From contig CAKKNE010000006.1 of NCBI GenBank assembly GCA_918797485.1, positions 3,162,001 through 3,226,000 on the forward strand: a stretch of DNA of 64,000 nt. The letters run 5' to 3'. This document shows positions 1 through 8,766 of the stretch, one piece after another; the first letter of the stretch is position 1, and every line of letters begins with the position of its first letter. Source of the DNA: Pelagomonas calceolata (taxonomy: Eukaryota). The position numbers and the translations under genes are program-made. The notes under the pieces are model-generated. The model saw only the letters and a list, made by a program, of their open reading frames with translations. It ran no database searches and was not told the origin of the DNA.

Positions 1-144
1 CAGGTCCGCCGCCCCGGCGTCGCCGCGCCAGCCATTCCTCGGCGCTACTTTCTGCCGCGCCGCGAGGCGTCCGACGACTGCTACGGCTGCCGCGGCGGCC
101 CACCACCACTTGTTGTGGCTCTGTCGTGCGCGCTTCCGCGGCAT
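1..144 (-). CDS. 5' end of a gene running off the window (partial, unknown product)
   Basis: ATG at 144-142 opens a stop-free frame MPRKRARQSHNKWWWAAAAAVAVVG... to the window edge; double-CTAG motif lies just upstream at 232-255. Confidence 0.4.
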   Translation of the reverse strand, partial: MPRKRARQSHNKWWWAAAAAVAVVGRLAARQKVAPRNGWRGDAGAADL

Positions 145-231
145 CTGGCGCTAGGGAACCATTGCTGCACTCTTGGGGCAGCGCGATTAGGCTGCCTTGC
201 AAAGCCCACTCTGGGATGCTTGCTGTGAGAT

Positions 232-255
232 GCTAGTGCCTTACATGCCGCTAGC
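232..255 (-). promoter_or_regulatory. Double-CTAG upstream motif
   Basis: Minus strand gctagcggcatgtaaggcactagc. Confidence 0.6.
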
Positions 256-480
256 TACGCGGGGCCCCGGGGGGTGCCTGGCATCGTAAGGCATCATTGG
301 AGATCATCATTGGTGCGTTCATACACACCAAACGATATATTTCCTGCCGCGACAGCGTCGCAAAGCTCAACCGCTTCGACGCGCGCTCAAGCGACACCCC
401 AGGAACGAGGCTCACGCTAATTACGTCGCGGGGGTCCCCCTAGCCCTCCCGCTCCCCCACGGGCAGCAGCGACCTCAAAT

Positions 481-1251
481 ATGCCGGCTCCAACAAAAGC
501 CTGCATCATATGTGGTGAAAAAGCGTCGCTCCGATGCAGCCGCTGTCGCCGAGGGCCGTTCTGCTCGGCGCCGTGCCAGCGAAGGGACTGGCCCGCGCAC
601 CGGAAGTTGTGCGTCCAAGAGTCCCGCAAACCCGAGGTCGAGGCCAGGGCCGCGCGCAAGCCCAGCCCGATGGCGGACGTCGCGGCGGCGCTGGGGCCCG
701 TGGAGGCCTGCATTAAGAGGAAGGGCGCGGCCGCACCGGAGGATATACAAAGGAGCGACCGGTGCGTGCTGACGCTCACGCCGATGCTCTTCGGGCGCTG
801 TGGGGAGAGGGAGTGTGGCGGGGAGGGGGACGACTACGACCGGCTCCTGGCGTCGCCGCGGTCGCTGCGGAGCGAAGCCGACGCCTTCGCGAAGGCCTGT
901 GGACGGTTCGCGCTGCTGGAGCTGCTGCGGGACCCCGCGGCGGCCTTTTCGACGCTCGCCGGGCGCGACGGCGAGTGCTGCGTCGTGGAAGATTGCCGGG
1001 ACCTGGGCGACGACGTGTTCTTCACGCTGGCGCCCGCGAACGCGCCGCTGGACCGCACGCGGCGCGCCGAAGTCAATAGGGCGGTGCAGCGCGGCGCGGG
1101 CCGGTTGGACGACGTCACGGCGGCGACGGCTCAAAGATGCGGCAAGGGAGACGAGTGGGACCGGGCGTTCCGGGCCTGCGGCTGCGACCCGTCCAAGGTC
1201 GTCATAAGGGTCGACTGCGCGGACCCGGCCGCGACGTTCGAGCCCGAGTAG
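481..1251 (+). CDS. MYND-type zinc finger protein
   Basis: N-terminal CIICG...CSRCRRGPFCSAPCQRRDWPAHRKLC matches the zf-MYND pattern. Confidence 0.85.
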   Translation: MPAPTKACIICGEKASLRCSRCRRGPFCSAPCQRRDWPAHRKLCVQESRKPEVEARAARKPSPMADVAAALGPVEACIKRKGAAAPEDIQRSDRCVLTLTPMLFGRCGERECGGEGDDYDRLLASPRSLRSEADAFAKACGRFALLELLRDPAAAFSTLAGRDGECCVVEDCRDLGDDVFFTLAPANAPLDRTRRAEVNRAVQRGAGRLDDVTAATAQRCGKGDEWDRAFRACGCDPSKVVIRVDCADPAATFEPE

Positions 1252-1264
1252 GAACACACTTATG

Positions 1265-2716
1265 TTAGATTAGAGGATCCCACGCCGCGCGCGCGCCGCA
1301 GTAGACCGGCGCGTCGTTCTGGACGAGGTGCAGGACGTGCGTCAGACATCGGAGGTGCTCCGACGTGTGGTGCGTCACGAAGACGAGCGTGCCGCGGGCC
1401 GCGTAGGCCTCGGCCAGCGCCAGGACGCGGCCCCGCTGGAAGGCGTCGAGGCCCTGCGTGACCTCGTCCAGGATGAGGAGCCGCGGCCGCGCGGCGACGG
1501 CCGCGGCCACGAGCAGCAACTTCTGCTCGCCCTGCGACAGCGCGCGAAAGGGCCGCTCGAGGTCGCGCAGGCCGAGGCCCGCCGCGAAGGGCGCCGCGTC
1601 CTCGGCGCCGAAGAGCGCCAGCATGGCCCGGGCGCTTTGCGCGGACGCGGCGGCCCGCAGGTGCAGTTCCGTCGAGACCCAGGCGACGCTGCGGGTCGTC
1701 CGGACCTCGCCTTCGATGGATCGCGTCGCCGCCGGGCCCCACCGTACGCCGTCGTCGCCCGCGGGCCGCGTCAACAGCGCCGCGAGCGTCGACTTGCCGG
1801 CGCCGTTGCCGCCCGCGACGAGCCAGTGCTCGCCCGGCGCGACGGTCCAGTCGACGCCCCGCAGGATCGTCGTGTCACCGGTCGTGACGCCGAGGCCGCG
1901 CGCCTCGACTAACAAATCGTCTCCATCTAAAGGCGGGCCGAGGTCCCGTATCAGATCGGCGACGGGCGCGACGTCCGCGCGGGCCGTCGCCGCGAGCAGG
2001 CGCGCCTCGAGGTCGTCGTCCGCGGTCCGTGCCTCCGTCCGTGCGCCCTCCTCCGTAATCCAGGTCAGCCGCGTCACCTCGGGCAGAATTTCAGAAGCGC
2101 GGTGCGTGACCTGGAGGAGCTGCGTCCGCGCGGCCTCCTTGGCCGACGGCATGTCTCTGACGAGGATGTCGCCCCAGCCGCGCGACATCTGCGACAGCAA
2201 CTTCGCCAGGGCCGCTCGGGACGGCGCGTCCAGCCCGTCGAAGGCGTTGTCGAGCACGACGAGGTCGGGCCGCGCCGAGAGGGCCCGAGCGAGCAGCACC
2301 TTGCGGATCTCGCCCGTGGACACGGCCTTGACGGGCCTCCAGAGGAGGGGGTGGAGGCCGAACCGTACCGCGAGGTACTTCGACGCTTTGGTCTGCAGCT
2401 TGCCCAGGGCTTCATAGACAGTAACGTCCTCCTTCGCGAGCGCCTCGTGGGCCTCGAAGGAGACGTGGGCCGTCCGGGCCGGCCGGTCGAGCGAACCGCT
2501 TTTGATGTGCGCGTCTCCACACAACGCGCGGCCGACGAGCGACTTGCCGCTGCCGTTGCGGCCGAGCAAGGCGTGGCCGCCGGCGTCCGCGTCGGCGATG
2601 TCGAGGTCGAGCTTTGCGGTGCCGTGTGCGAGTTCAGCTGCTCGCAGGGCGGCTAGGGGTGCGCTGGAGCTGCATCGTGCGGTGCAGCGCACGGCCCGCA
2701 GGAGTGCGACACGCAT
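1265..2716 (-). CDS. ModF-like soluble ABC ATPase with two nucleotide-binding domains
   Basis: Two Walker A motifs (GRNGSGKS, GGNGAGKS), signatures VSTGE/LSQGE, Walker B LVVLDN/LLILDE; no TM segments; Arg-rich transit-peptide-like N-terminus. Confidence 0.8.
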   Translation of the reverse strand: MRVALLRAVRCTARCSSSAPLAALRAAELAHGTAKLDLDIADADAGGHALLGRNGSGKSLVGRALCGDAHIKSGSLDRPARTAHVSFEAHEALAKEDVTVYEALGKLQTKASKYLAVRFGLHPLLWRPVKAVSTGEIRKVLLARALSARPDLVVLDNAFDGLDAPSRAALAKLLSQMSRGWGDILVRDMPSAKEAARTQLLQVTHRASEILPEVTRLTWITEEGARTEARTADDDLEARLLAATARADVAPVADLIRDLGPPLDGDDLLVEARGLGVTTGDTTILRGVDWTVAPGEHWLVAGGNGAGKSTLAALLTRPAGDDGVRWGPAATRSIEGEVRTTRSVAWVSTELHLRAAASAQSARAMLALFGAEDAAPFAAGLGLRDLERPFRALSQGEQKLLLVAAAVAARPRLLILDEVTQGLDAFQRGRVLALAEAYAARGTLVFVTHHTSEHLRCLTHVLHLVQNDAPVYCGARAAWDPLI

Positions 2717-2884
2717 GAATCAGCCAGCACAATACATTTGTGCAGACTCTGCGGCGAGAGCGTGTATCTATTGGTGCTGCAAGTATGCCGTGCTGTTGCT
2801 GATCAGATTACTGTAGTGATGCCGGCAGATACACTCTCTCGCTGCTACCAAAAACGTGCGAGCTTCGCGAGGACGCGACGGTCA

Positions 2885-2908
2885 GCTAGCGTCCAGTAAG
2901 ACACTAGC
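2885..2908 (+). promoter_or_regulatory. Double-CTAG upstream motif
   Basis: gctagcgtccagtaagacactagc between divergent genes. Confidence 0.65.
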
Positions 2909-2964
2909 AATCTCTCCTGGTTTTGCAGACGGCGCTCTCGCAAGTAATCCCAGCACCGCCCGTC

Positions 2965-3171
2965 GGCTGCCCCCGCGTGCGACGTACCACCGAGGAGCAT
3001 ACTAGTTGCACATCACACCGCGCTGCTGCCCGACGCGCCTCGCGGCCAGAACCAAGCTCAATCCTAGGCTGCCCCCGGGCGCTGCAGGCATACCACCGAG
3101 GAGCATACTAGCTGCACATCACACCGTCGCGCTGCTGCCCGACGCGCCTCGCGGCCAGACCCAGCTCAATC
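2965..3171 (+). repeat. Tandem duplication (~105-bp period) in the promoter/5'UTR
   Basis: taccaccgaggagcatactag(t/c)tgcacatcacacc...gctcaatc at 2985-3063 and 3091-3171. Confidence 0.85.
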
Positions 3172-3180
3172 GGCGCCACC

Positions 3181-4470
3181 ATGCCGACGCGCCGCCTCGT
3201 CGCGCTCGCCCTCGCGGCCGGCGCCTCCGCCGGCTGCGACGTGTGCAGCAAAGAGCTCTATGACGGCCGGTGCGGGCCCTTCGAGCGCGAGGCCCGGGGC
3301 AGGTGGGCCGACTGGACGACGCTGGCGCCGGACGTGAGTTGCCTCGAGGACGTGTGCTGCGCGCTGCACGAGGACGACTGCTGCGAGCCGGCCGCGGGCC
3401 CGATCGCCGGCCTCGTGATCGGCGCCGTCGTGCTGTTGGCGTTCGTCGGCGGCGCGTGCCTGCGGCTCTGCGGCCTCGCGGGAGGCAGGGACGCCGAAAG
3501 GTGGAGTTTACGCACGTCTGGCCACTGCTTCAGGAACGGGCCGAACCCGAGCCACGTCGGTTTAGTGGCCTTCGCGTGCGGCGTGGCGTACCTCGTGGCC
3601 CTCATGCCCCTCCGGCACTGGACGAGCTACAAACTCGTCGTGGAGGTGAACCTGGTCGGGCGTCTGGAAAGCCGCGCGAGGTTCGACCTGTGGCACGGGG
3701 CGGTGACGACGAAGAACGACTACCTCGGGGATTCCAAGGACGAGGACGCCATCCTGGCGGACCCCGAGGATTGCAACGACGGGGACCAATTTTGCAAGTC
3801 CCTCGTCGAGGCGAACAACGCCGCGCAGTCCTTGGTCATGGTGGCGCTTGTCCTGGCGTCGGTCGCGTGCCTCGCGATCGCGGGATGGAAATTCTGCTGC
3901 GTCGGCGTCGACGGAGAACCGAACGTCGCCGCCTGCGACAAGAACGCGAACGCATTCGCGGTCGCCTCCGCGCTGCTGGCGGTCAGCGGGGCCGTCGGCG
4001 TCGCGGGCGCGACCAACTACAAGTTTGCGATGAAGGACGCGTTCCTCGACCTCGCCGACGCATCGCGCGAAAGCGGGCCCGTCGGCATAGGCTCCGAACC
4101 CTGCAGAGCTGGCTGCGCCCTGTCCATCGTCGCGGGCGCGTTCGGTATCATCGTCGGCGTGCTCGGCGTGGTCCTGCACGTTTACGGTGTCGTCGTCGAG
4201 GCCAGGCCGGCCGGCGCCGAGAGTCCGGTGGGCCCGATCACCCTGGGCGGCGTGAAGATCGATCTAGCACAAGAGGACGTGTGCTCGCCGCGCCGCGTGG
4301 ACCTCGTGTACGCGCCGCTCGCGGCCTGGTACAACGCGACGGGGCGCGCCGCGCTGCGCGCCAAGCACGGCCCGCTCCCCGCGACCGCCGACGCTTTCTA
4401 CCAGTGGCCCACGCGCAACGCGGTCGTCATGGCGTTCCTCGACGACCAGGGCGTGCCGCCCGCCTTCTAG
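3181..4470 (+). CDS. Multi-pass membrane protein with signal peptide and Cys-rich ectodomain (claudin/tetraspan-like region)
   Basis: Signal peptide MPTRRLVALALAAGASA, Cys-rich segment, about 5 hydrophobic helices; GC3-rich codon usage. Confidence 0.7.
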   Translation: MPTRRLVALALAAGASAGCDVCSKELYDGRCGPFEREARGRWADWTTLAPDVSCLEDVCCALHEDDCCEPAAGPIAGLVIGAVVLLAFVGGACLRLCGLAGGRDAERWSLRTSGHCFRNGPNPSHVGLVAFACGVAYLVALMPLRHWTSYKLVVEVNLVGRLESRARFDLWHGAVTTKNDYLGDSKDEDAILADPEDCNDGDQFCKSLVEANNAAQSLVMVALVLASVACLAIAGWKFCCVGVDGEPNVAACDKNANAFAVASALLAVSGAVGVAGATNYKFAMKDAFLDLADASRESGPVGIGSEPCRAGCALSIVAGAFGIIVGVLGVVLHVYGVVVEARPAGAESPVGPITLGGVKIDLAQEDVCSPRRVDLVYAPLAAWYNATGRAALRAKHGPLPATADAFYQWPTRNAVVMAFLDDQGVPPAF

Positions 4471-4620
4471 CCATCCGAAGCTCCCCGCCTCCGCCGCCGG
4501 GACTAACAACTTGAAACCATACTTCTTCTACTAGGTATTCGAGTTAATTTATTTTATGAATTTTCGCCGCCCGCCCTTTCGTCCCGCCCGACACTAAAGC
4601 GAGGGCAAACGAGGGCGACC

Positions 4621-7600
4621 TCAGAGGGCCGCTTCCTCGGGTGTGCTTGGTTCGAGGGCCAGAGAACCGTGCCGGAGCAAGATGGCGGACCACACGGGCA
4701 CGTGGAAGTGGTCGCCGGGTCGCGCGCCCTTGGGGACGACGCCCTCGACGCTGCGGCCGTCCGGGAGGTCCTTCCTCACGCGCGTGACGCCCGGGACCGC
4801 TTGTGGCGGGACCACGAGGTCCACCATGCCCGGCGGTGTTCTCTGAGGCGGCGGCGGCGGCGGCGCGGCCGCCGGGCGCGGCAGTGGCGGGGGCGGCGCG
4901 GTCTGCGCGCCGCCTGTCGGGATCTCGAGATCGTCTCCGGGCCGCGCGCCCGGGGGCACCGTGATCATGACCTCGCTCCCGTCCGGCAGCGGAATCGACA
5001 GCTCGTCGCCGGCCCTCGCACCCTCAGGCACGGTCACCGTCACCATGGATGCTGCGGCCGGCGGCGGCGTGGCCGCCGGGCGCGGCAGTGGCGGTGGCGG
5101 CGGCGTGGCCGCCGGGCGCGGCAGTGGCGGTGGCGGCGGCGTGGCCGCCGGGAGCGGCAGTGGCGGTGGCGACGTGTCCATGGGGCGGACGGAGATCACG
5201 TGGCCGACAGCCACATGCTCCGGCACGGGCTGCCCCGGCGGCACAACGCGATACGCCCCCACGCGCTCGGCTGAAGGGGCCTCCTCAGGTTCCGTGGTGG
5301 TGGGGGGCGTGGCCTCCGATGGCGGCGGCGGCGGCGGCGGCGGCGCGGCCGCCGGGCGCGGCAGTGGCGGGGGCGGCGCGGTCTGCGCGCCGCCTGTCGG
5401 GATCTCGAGATCGTCACCGGGCCGCGCGCCCGGGGGCACCGTGATCATGACCTCGCTCCCGTCCGGCAGCGGAATCGACAGCTCGTCGCCGGCCCTCGCA
5501 CCCTCAGGCACGGTCACCGTCACCATGGATGCTGCGGCCGGCGGCGGCGCGGCCGCCGGGGGCGGCAGTGGCGGGGGCGGCGCGGTCTGCGCGCCGCCTG
5601 TCGGGATCTCGAGATCGTCACCGGGCCGCGCGCCCGGGGGCACCGTGATCATGACCTCGCTCCCGTCCGGCAGCGGAATCGACAGCTGGTCGCCGGCCCT
5701 CGCACCCTCAGGCACGGTCACCGTCACCATGGATGCTGCGGCCGGCGGCGGCGCGGCCGCCGGGGGCGGCAGTGGCGCGGGCGCGGGCTCGGGCGCCGGC
5801 TCCGGCCCGGCGACTGGCGGTATCCCGGGCGGCGCGGCCTCCTCCGTCGGCGCGAACTCGTTGTCGTCGTCCGCGGCTGGTTCGCGCGGCTGGATGCCAG
5901 CAGAGAGGGCCAGAAAACCGTGCCGGAGCACGATGGCGGACCACACGGGCACGTGGAAGTGGTCGCCGGGCCGCGCGCCCTTGGGGACGACGCCCTCGAC
6001 GCTGCGGCCGTCCGGGAGGTCCTTCCTCACGCGCGTGACGCCCGGGACCGCTTGTGGCGGGACCACGAGGTCCACCATGCCCGGTGGCGGCGCGCCGGGG
6101 GCTGATCGAGGCGGCGGCAGCAGCCGGTAGTCGAGTTTTGGCACCGCCGGTATTGACGCCGGCACCGGCGCCGGCACCGGCACTGCAGGTGGTGGTGGTG
6201 TGGCCGACCGCGCGCCGGCGTCGTGGGCGGCCAGGCGACGCGCGAGCTCCTCGACGAGCACGGCCGACTTCTGGTTCGCCTTGATGCCGCGCAACTTCGC
6301 GAGGCGCTGCAGCTCGCGCCGCTCCTGGTGGTCGACCGCGGCTCTTATTGCTTCGACCGTGGCTTCATCCAGGTCTGACAGGTCGTCCACTGCTGCGCGC
6401 GCCATTGGCGGCTGCGGCGAGGCTACGAGATTGTCCGCCGCCTCATCGGCCGTCTCGGCAATCTCAGTGTGGTTCTCGGGTGTGCTTGGTCGTGCTTGTC
6501 CAGCGGAGAGGGCCAGAAAACCGTGCCCTAGCACGATGGCGGACCACACGGGCACGTGGAAGTGGTCGCCGGGCCGCGCGCCCTTGGGGACGACGCCCTC
6601 GACGCTGCGGCCGTCCGGGAGGTCCTTCCTCACGCGCGTGACGCCCGGGACCGCTTGTGGGGGAACCACGAGGTCGATCATGCCCGGTGGTACCCCTGGA
6701 GGCCGCGGCGGCGGCGCGGCGGCGGTTTTCGAGGGAGGCGGTGGCGGCAGCCCGGCCGCCGTCTTCGGTGGTGGCAGCGCGGCCGCCGTCTTCGACGGCG
6801 GCGGCGGCGGCGGCGGTGCGCCCGGGCGCGGCAGGTCGTCCACGAAGTGCGCCCCCGCCCGCGGCGAGGGCGTCGGCAGGGACGTGTCCCAGGGCACGTA
6901 CACGATCTGGCCCGGACCGGATCCGGCCGGCGCGCGGAAGTAGACCGGCGCGCCCGTGGGCGTCGAGCACTTCACCTGAGAGCCCGCGCACGCGCCCGCC
7001 GGCAACTTGACGAAGAAGGTGCGCTCGTGGCCGGCGAGCGCCGGCCCGGGCGAGCCGAGCAGCTCGTAGCCCGGCATCGTGGCGACCTGCCACGGCCGAG
7101 CGACGCTCGTCTTCTTCTTCCCGCCACCCGCGTTCGATGCCTGCAGCATGCCCGACACGGCCTTGGCCGAGAAGTAGCAGCAGAACAGCGTAAGGACTAG
7201 CGAGACCAACAACGCCAGCAGAGCCAGGGTTTGGAGCCCCCAGCCCCGCTCCCCGGCGAGGATCTCGTTGAAGCCCTCGGCGGACATGGCCGAGGCCGAC
7301 GAGTCCGCCTTGCAGGTGGCCGTCATGGCGTGGGGCGCCCACGACGCAGTCCAGAAGTCGTACAGCTCCCACGTGCCCGTCGACGCCGCGGGGGAGAGGT
7401 CGCCCCCGGCGTCCGCGAGCTGGTACCCGACCGCGGTGAAGGTGCAACTGTAAAGCTCGTCCCATAACCCGTCCTCGTAGCGACGGAGCTGCCACGCGCC
7501 TTCGGCAGAAGAGTAGAAGATGTAGTGGTGCAAGCCCCGCTCCCAGCCCGGCTGGTCGCTCATGCACCGGTCCGCGTCGTCCCGGCAGTCGGGGTCGTCC

Positions 7601-8355
7601 CGGCAGTCCGCGCTCGCCGCGTGCTCGACGTACTCCGGCGAGTAGTCTTTGCAGCAAGTGCATTTGTAGTAGGGCCGGCCGTTGCACTCCCCCGCCTCCT
7701 CGTAGAGCCCGTCGTACGAGCCCCAAAACAACGAAGTCTCGGTGCCCGCGACCTCGACGGCGTCGCACGGTTCCCCGGAGGCGGCGGCCGTCGCCTCCTC
7801 GTCCTTGTTGTCCTTGTCCTCGTCCTTGTCCTCGTCCACGTCGTTGTTGCCGTTGTTGCCGTTGTCCGTCGGCGGCGACGCCGTCGGCGGCGACGCCGGC
7901 GACGCCGTCGGCGGCGACGCCGTCGGCGGCGACGCCGTCGGCGGCGACGCCACGGGCCGCGGCGTCGGCCGCGGCGTCGGGCGCCGCGTCGGCGCCGGCG
8001 CAGAGGCCACGGGCCGCGGCGTCGGCCGGGGCGTCGGCCGCCGCGTCGGCCGCGGCGTCGGCCGCCGCGTCGGGCGCTGCGTCGGCCGCCGCGTCGGCGG
8101 CGCCGGCGTCGGCGCCGAGGCCGTGCAGTCGCCGCCGCAGACGTTCTCGTAGCGGTCGCAGTTCTGGCCGTTTGCGCTGAAGCCCGGCTTGCCGCCGTAG
8201 CTCGAGCAGGCCTTGCAGTCGCAGTTCCGGTTCGAGCACTCGGAGTCGCTGGACGAGTAGCAGAACTCGTCGCTTGCGCAGTGCTTGTTCTTGTTGCAGT
8301 CGCCCGCGCGGGCGAGCGGCGCGAGGCCCAGGAGGAGGATCAGCGGGGCGCGCAT
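4621..8355 (-). CDS. Large single-pass surface protein with Pro/Thr-rich stalk and repeated cytoplasmic VPxG modules
   Basis: Signal peptide, Cys-rich N-terminus, PTRR/PTPR/SPPTA repeats, TM LALLALLVSLVLTLFCCYF, 3 copies each of two ~45-aa modules. Confidence 0.8.
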   Translation of the reverse strand: MRAPLILLLGLAPLARAGDCNKNKHCASDEFCYSSSDSECSNRNCDCKACSSYGGKPGFSANGQNCDRYENVCGGDCTASAPTPAPPTRRPTQRPTRRPTPRPTRRPTPRPTPRPVASAPAPTRRPTPRPTPRPVASPPTASPPTASPPTASPASPPTASPPTDNGNNGNNDVDEDKDEDKDNKDEEATAAASGEPCDAVEVAGTETSLFWGSYDGLYEEAGECNGRPYYKCTCCKDYSPEYVEHAASADCRDDPDCRDDADRCMSDQPGWERGLHHYIFYSSAEGAWQLRRYEDGLWDELYSCTFTAVGYQLADAGGDLSPAASTGTWELYDFWTASWAPHAMTATCKADSSASAMSAEGFNEILAGERGWGLQTLALLALLVSLVLTLFCCYFSAKAVSGMLQASNAGGGKKKTSVARPWQVATMPGYELLGSPGPALAGHERTFFVKLPAGACAGSQVKCSTPTGAPVYFRAPAGSGPGQIVYVPWDTSLPTPSPRAGAHFVDDLPRPGAPPPPPPPSKTAAALPPPKTAAGLPPPPPSKTAAAPPPRPPGVPPGMIDLVVPPQAVPGVTRVRKDLPDGRSVEGVVPKGARPGDHFHVPVWSAIVLGHGFLALSAGQARPSTPENHTEIAETADEAADNLVASPQPPMARAAVDDLSDLDEATVEAIRAAVDHQERRELQRLAKLRGIKANQKSAVLVEELARRLAAHDAGARSATPPPPAVPVPAPVPASIPAVPKLDYRLLPPPRSAPGAPPPGMVDLVVPPQAVPGVTRVRKDLPDGRSVEGVVPKGARPGDHFHVPVWSAIVLRHGFLALSAGIQPREPAADDDNEFAPTEEAAPPGIPPVAGPEPAPEPAPAPLPPPAAAPPPAAASMVTVTVPEGARAGDQLSIPLPDGSEVMITVPPGARPGDDLEIPTGGAQTAPPPPLPPPAAAPPPAAASMVTVTVPEGARAGDELSIPLPDGSEVMITVPPGARPGDDLEIPTGGAQTAPPPPLPRPAAAPPPPPPPPSEATPPTTTEPEEAPSAERVGAYRVVPPGQPVPEHVAVGHVISVRPMDTSPPPLPLPAATPPPPPLPRPAATPPPPPLPRPAATPPPAAASMVTVTVPEGARAGDELSIPLPDGSEVMITVPPGARPGDDLEIPTGGAQTAPPPPLPRPAAAPPPPPPQRTPPGMVDLVVPPQAVPGVTRVRKDLPDGRSVEGVVPKGARPGDHFHVPVWSAILLRHGSLALEPSTPEEAAL

Positions 8356-8766
8356 GGCGCGGCTGCTTCGTGCTGCTCGTCGCTGCCTGGTGTCAGCTGG
8401 GCCGGGGCTCGAGCATGCTGCCCCGTCGACGCGGCGGGCTGCGCCCGTCCTCGGTGCCCCCCGGGCGCTTCGCTGCGGCCCCTGCCGATGCCGGCGCCGC
8501 GGGGTCTCGCGGATAGATGGCGCTGTGCTCTTACTTTTGGATTGTAGAGACTAGTATGATTTTACGCTCCAGAGCGGATGACGTCTCCATCGCTCGTGAT
8601 TTAAATCATACTGACATGAATCATAAAAAAATTAAGATGTACTAAAAACAGTTTCTATCTTCTTTGCGGCAAGCTCGCTTCTAGCGCCGCGCGCCGGAAG
8701 CGGCCGGGGCAGCCCGCCGCATCGACGGGGCGTCCTTGAGCACCGGCTCGGCTGAGACGTCGCAGC

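Noticed and set aside
7850..8110. Short regular repeats resembling a CRISPR or satellite array
   Set aside because: In-frame coding repeats (SPPTA, PTRR/PTPR) of the surface protein; no unique spacers and no cas genes
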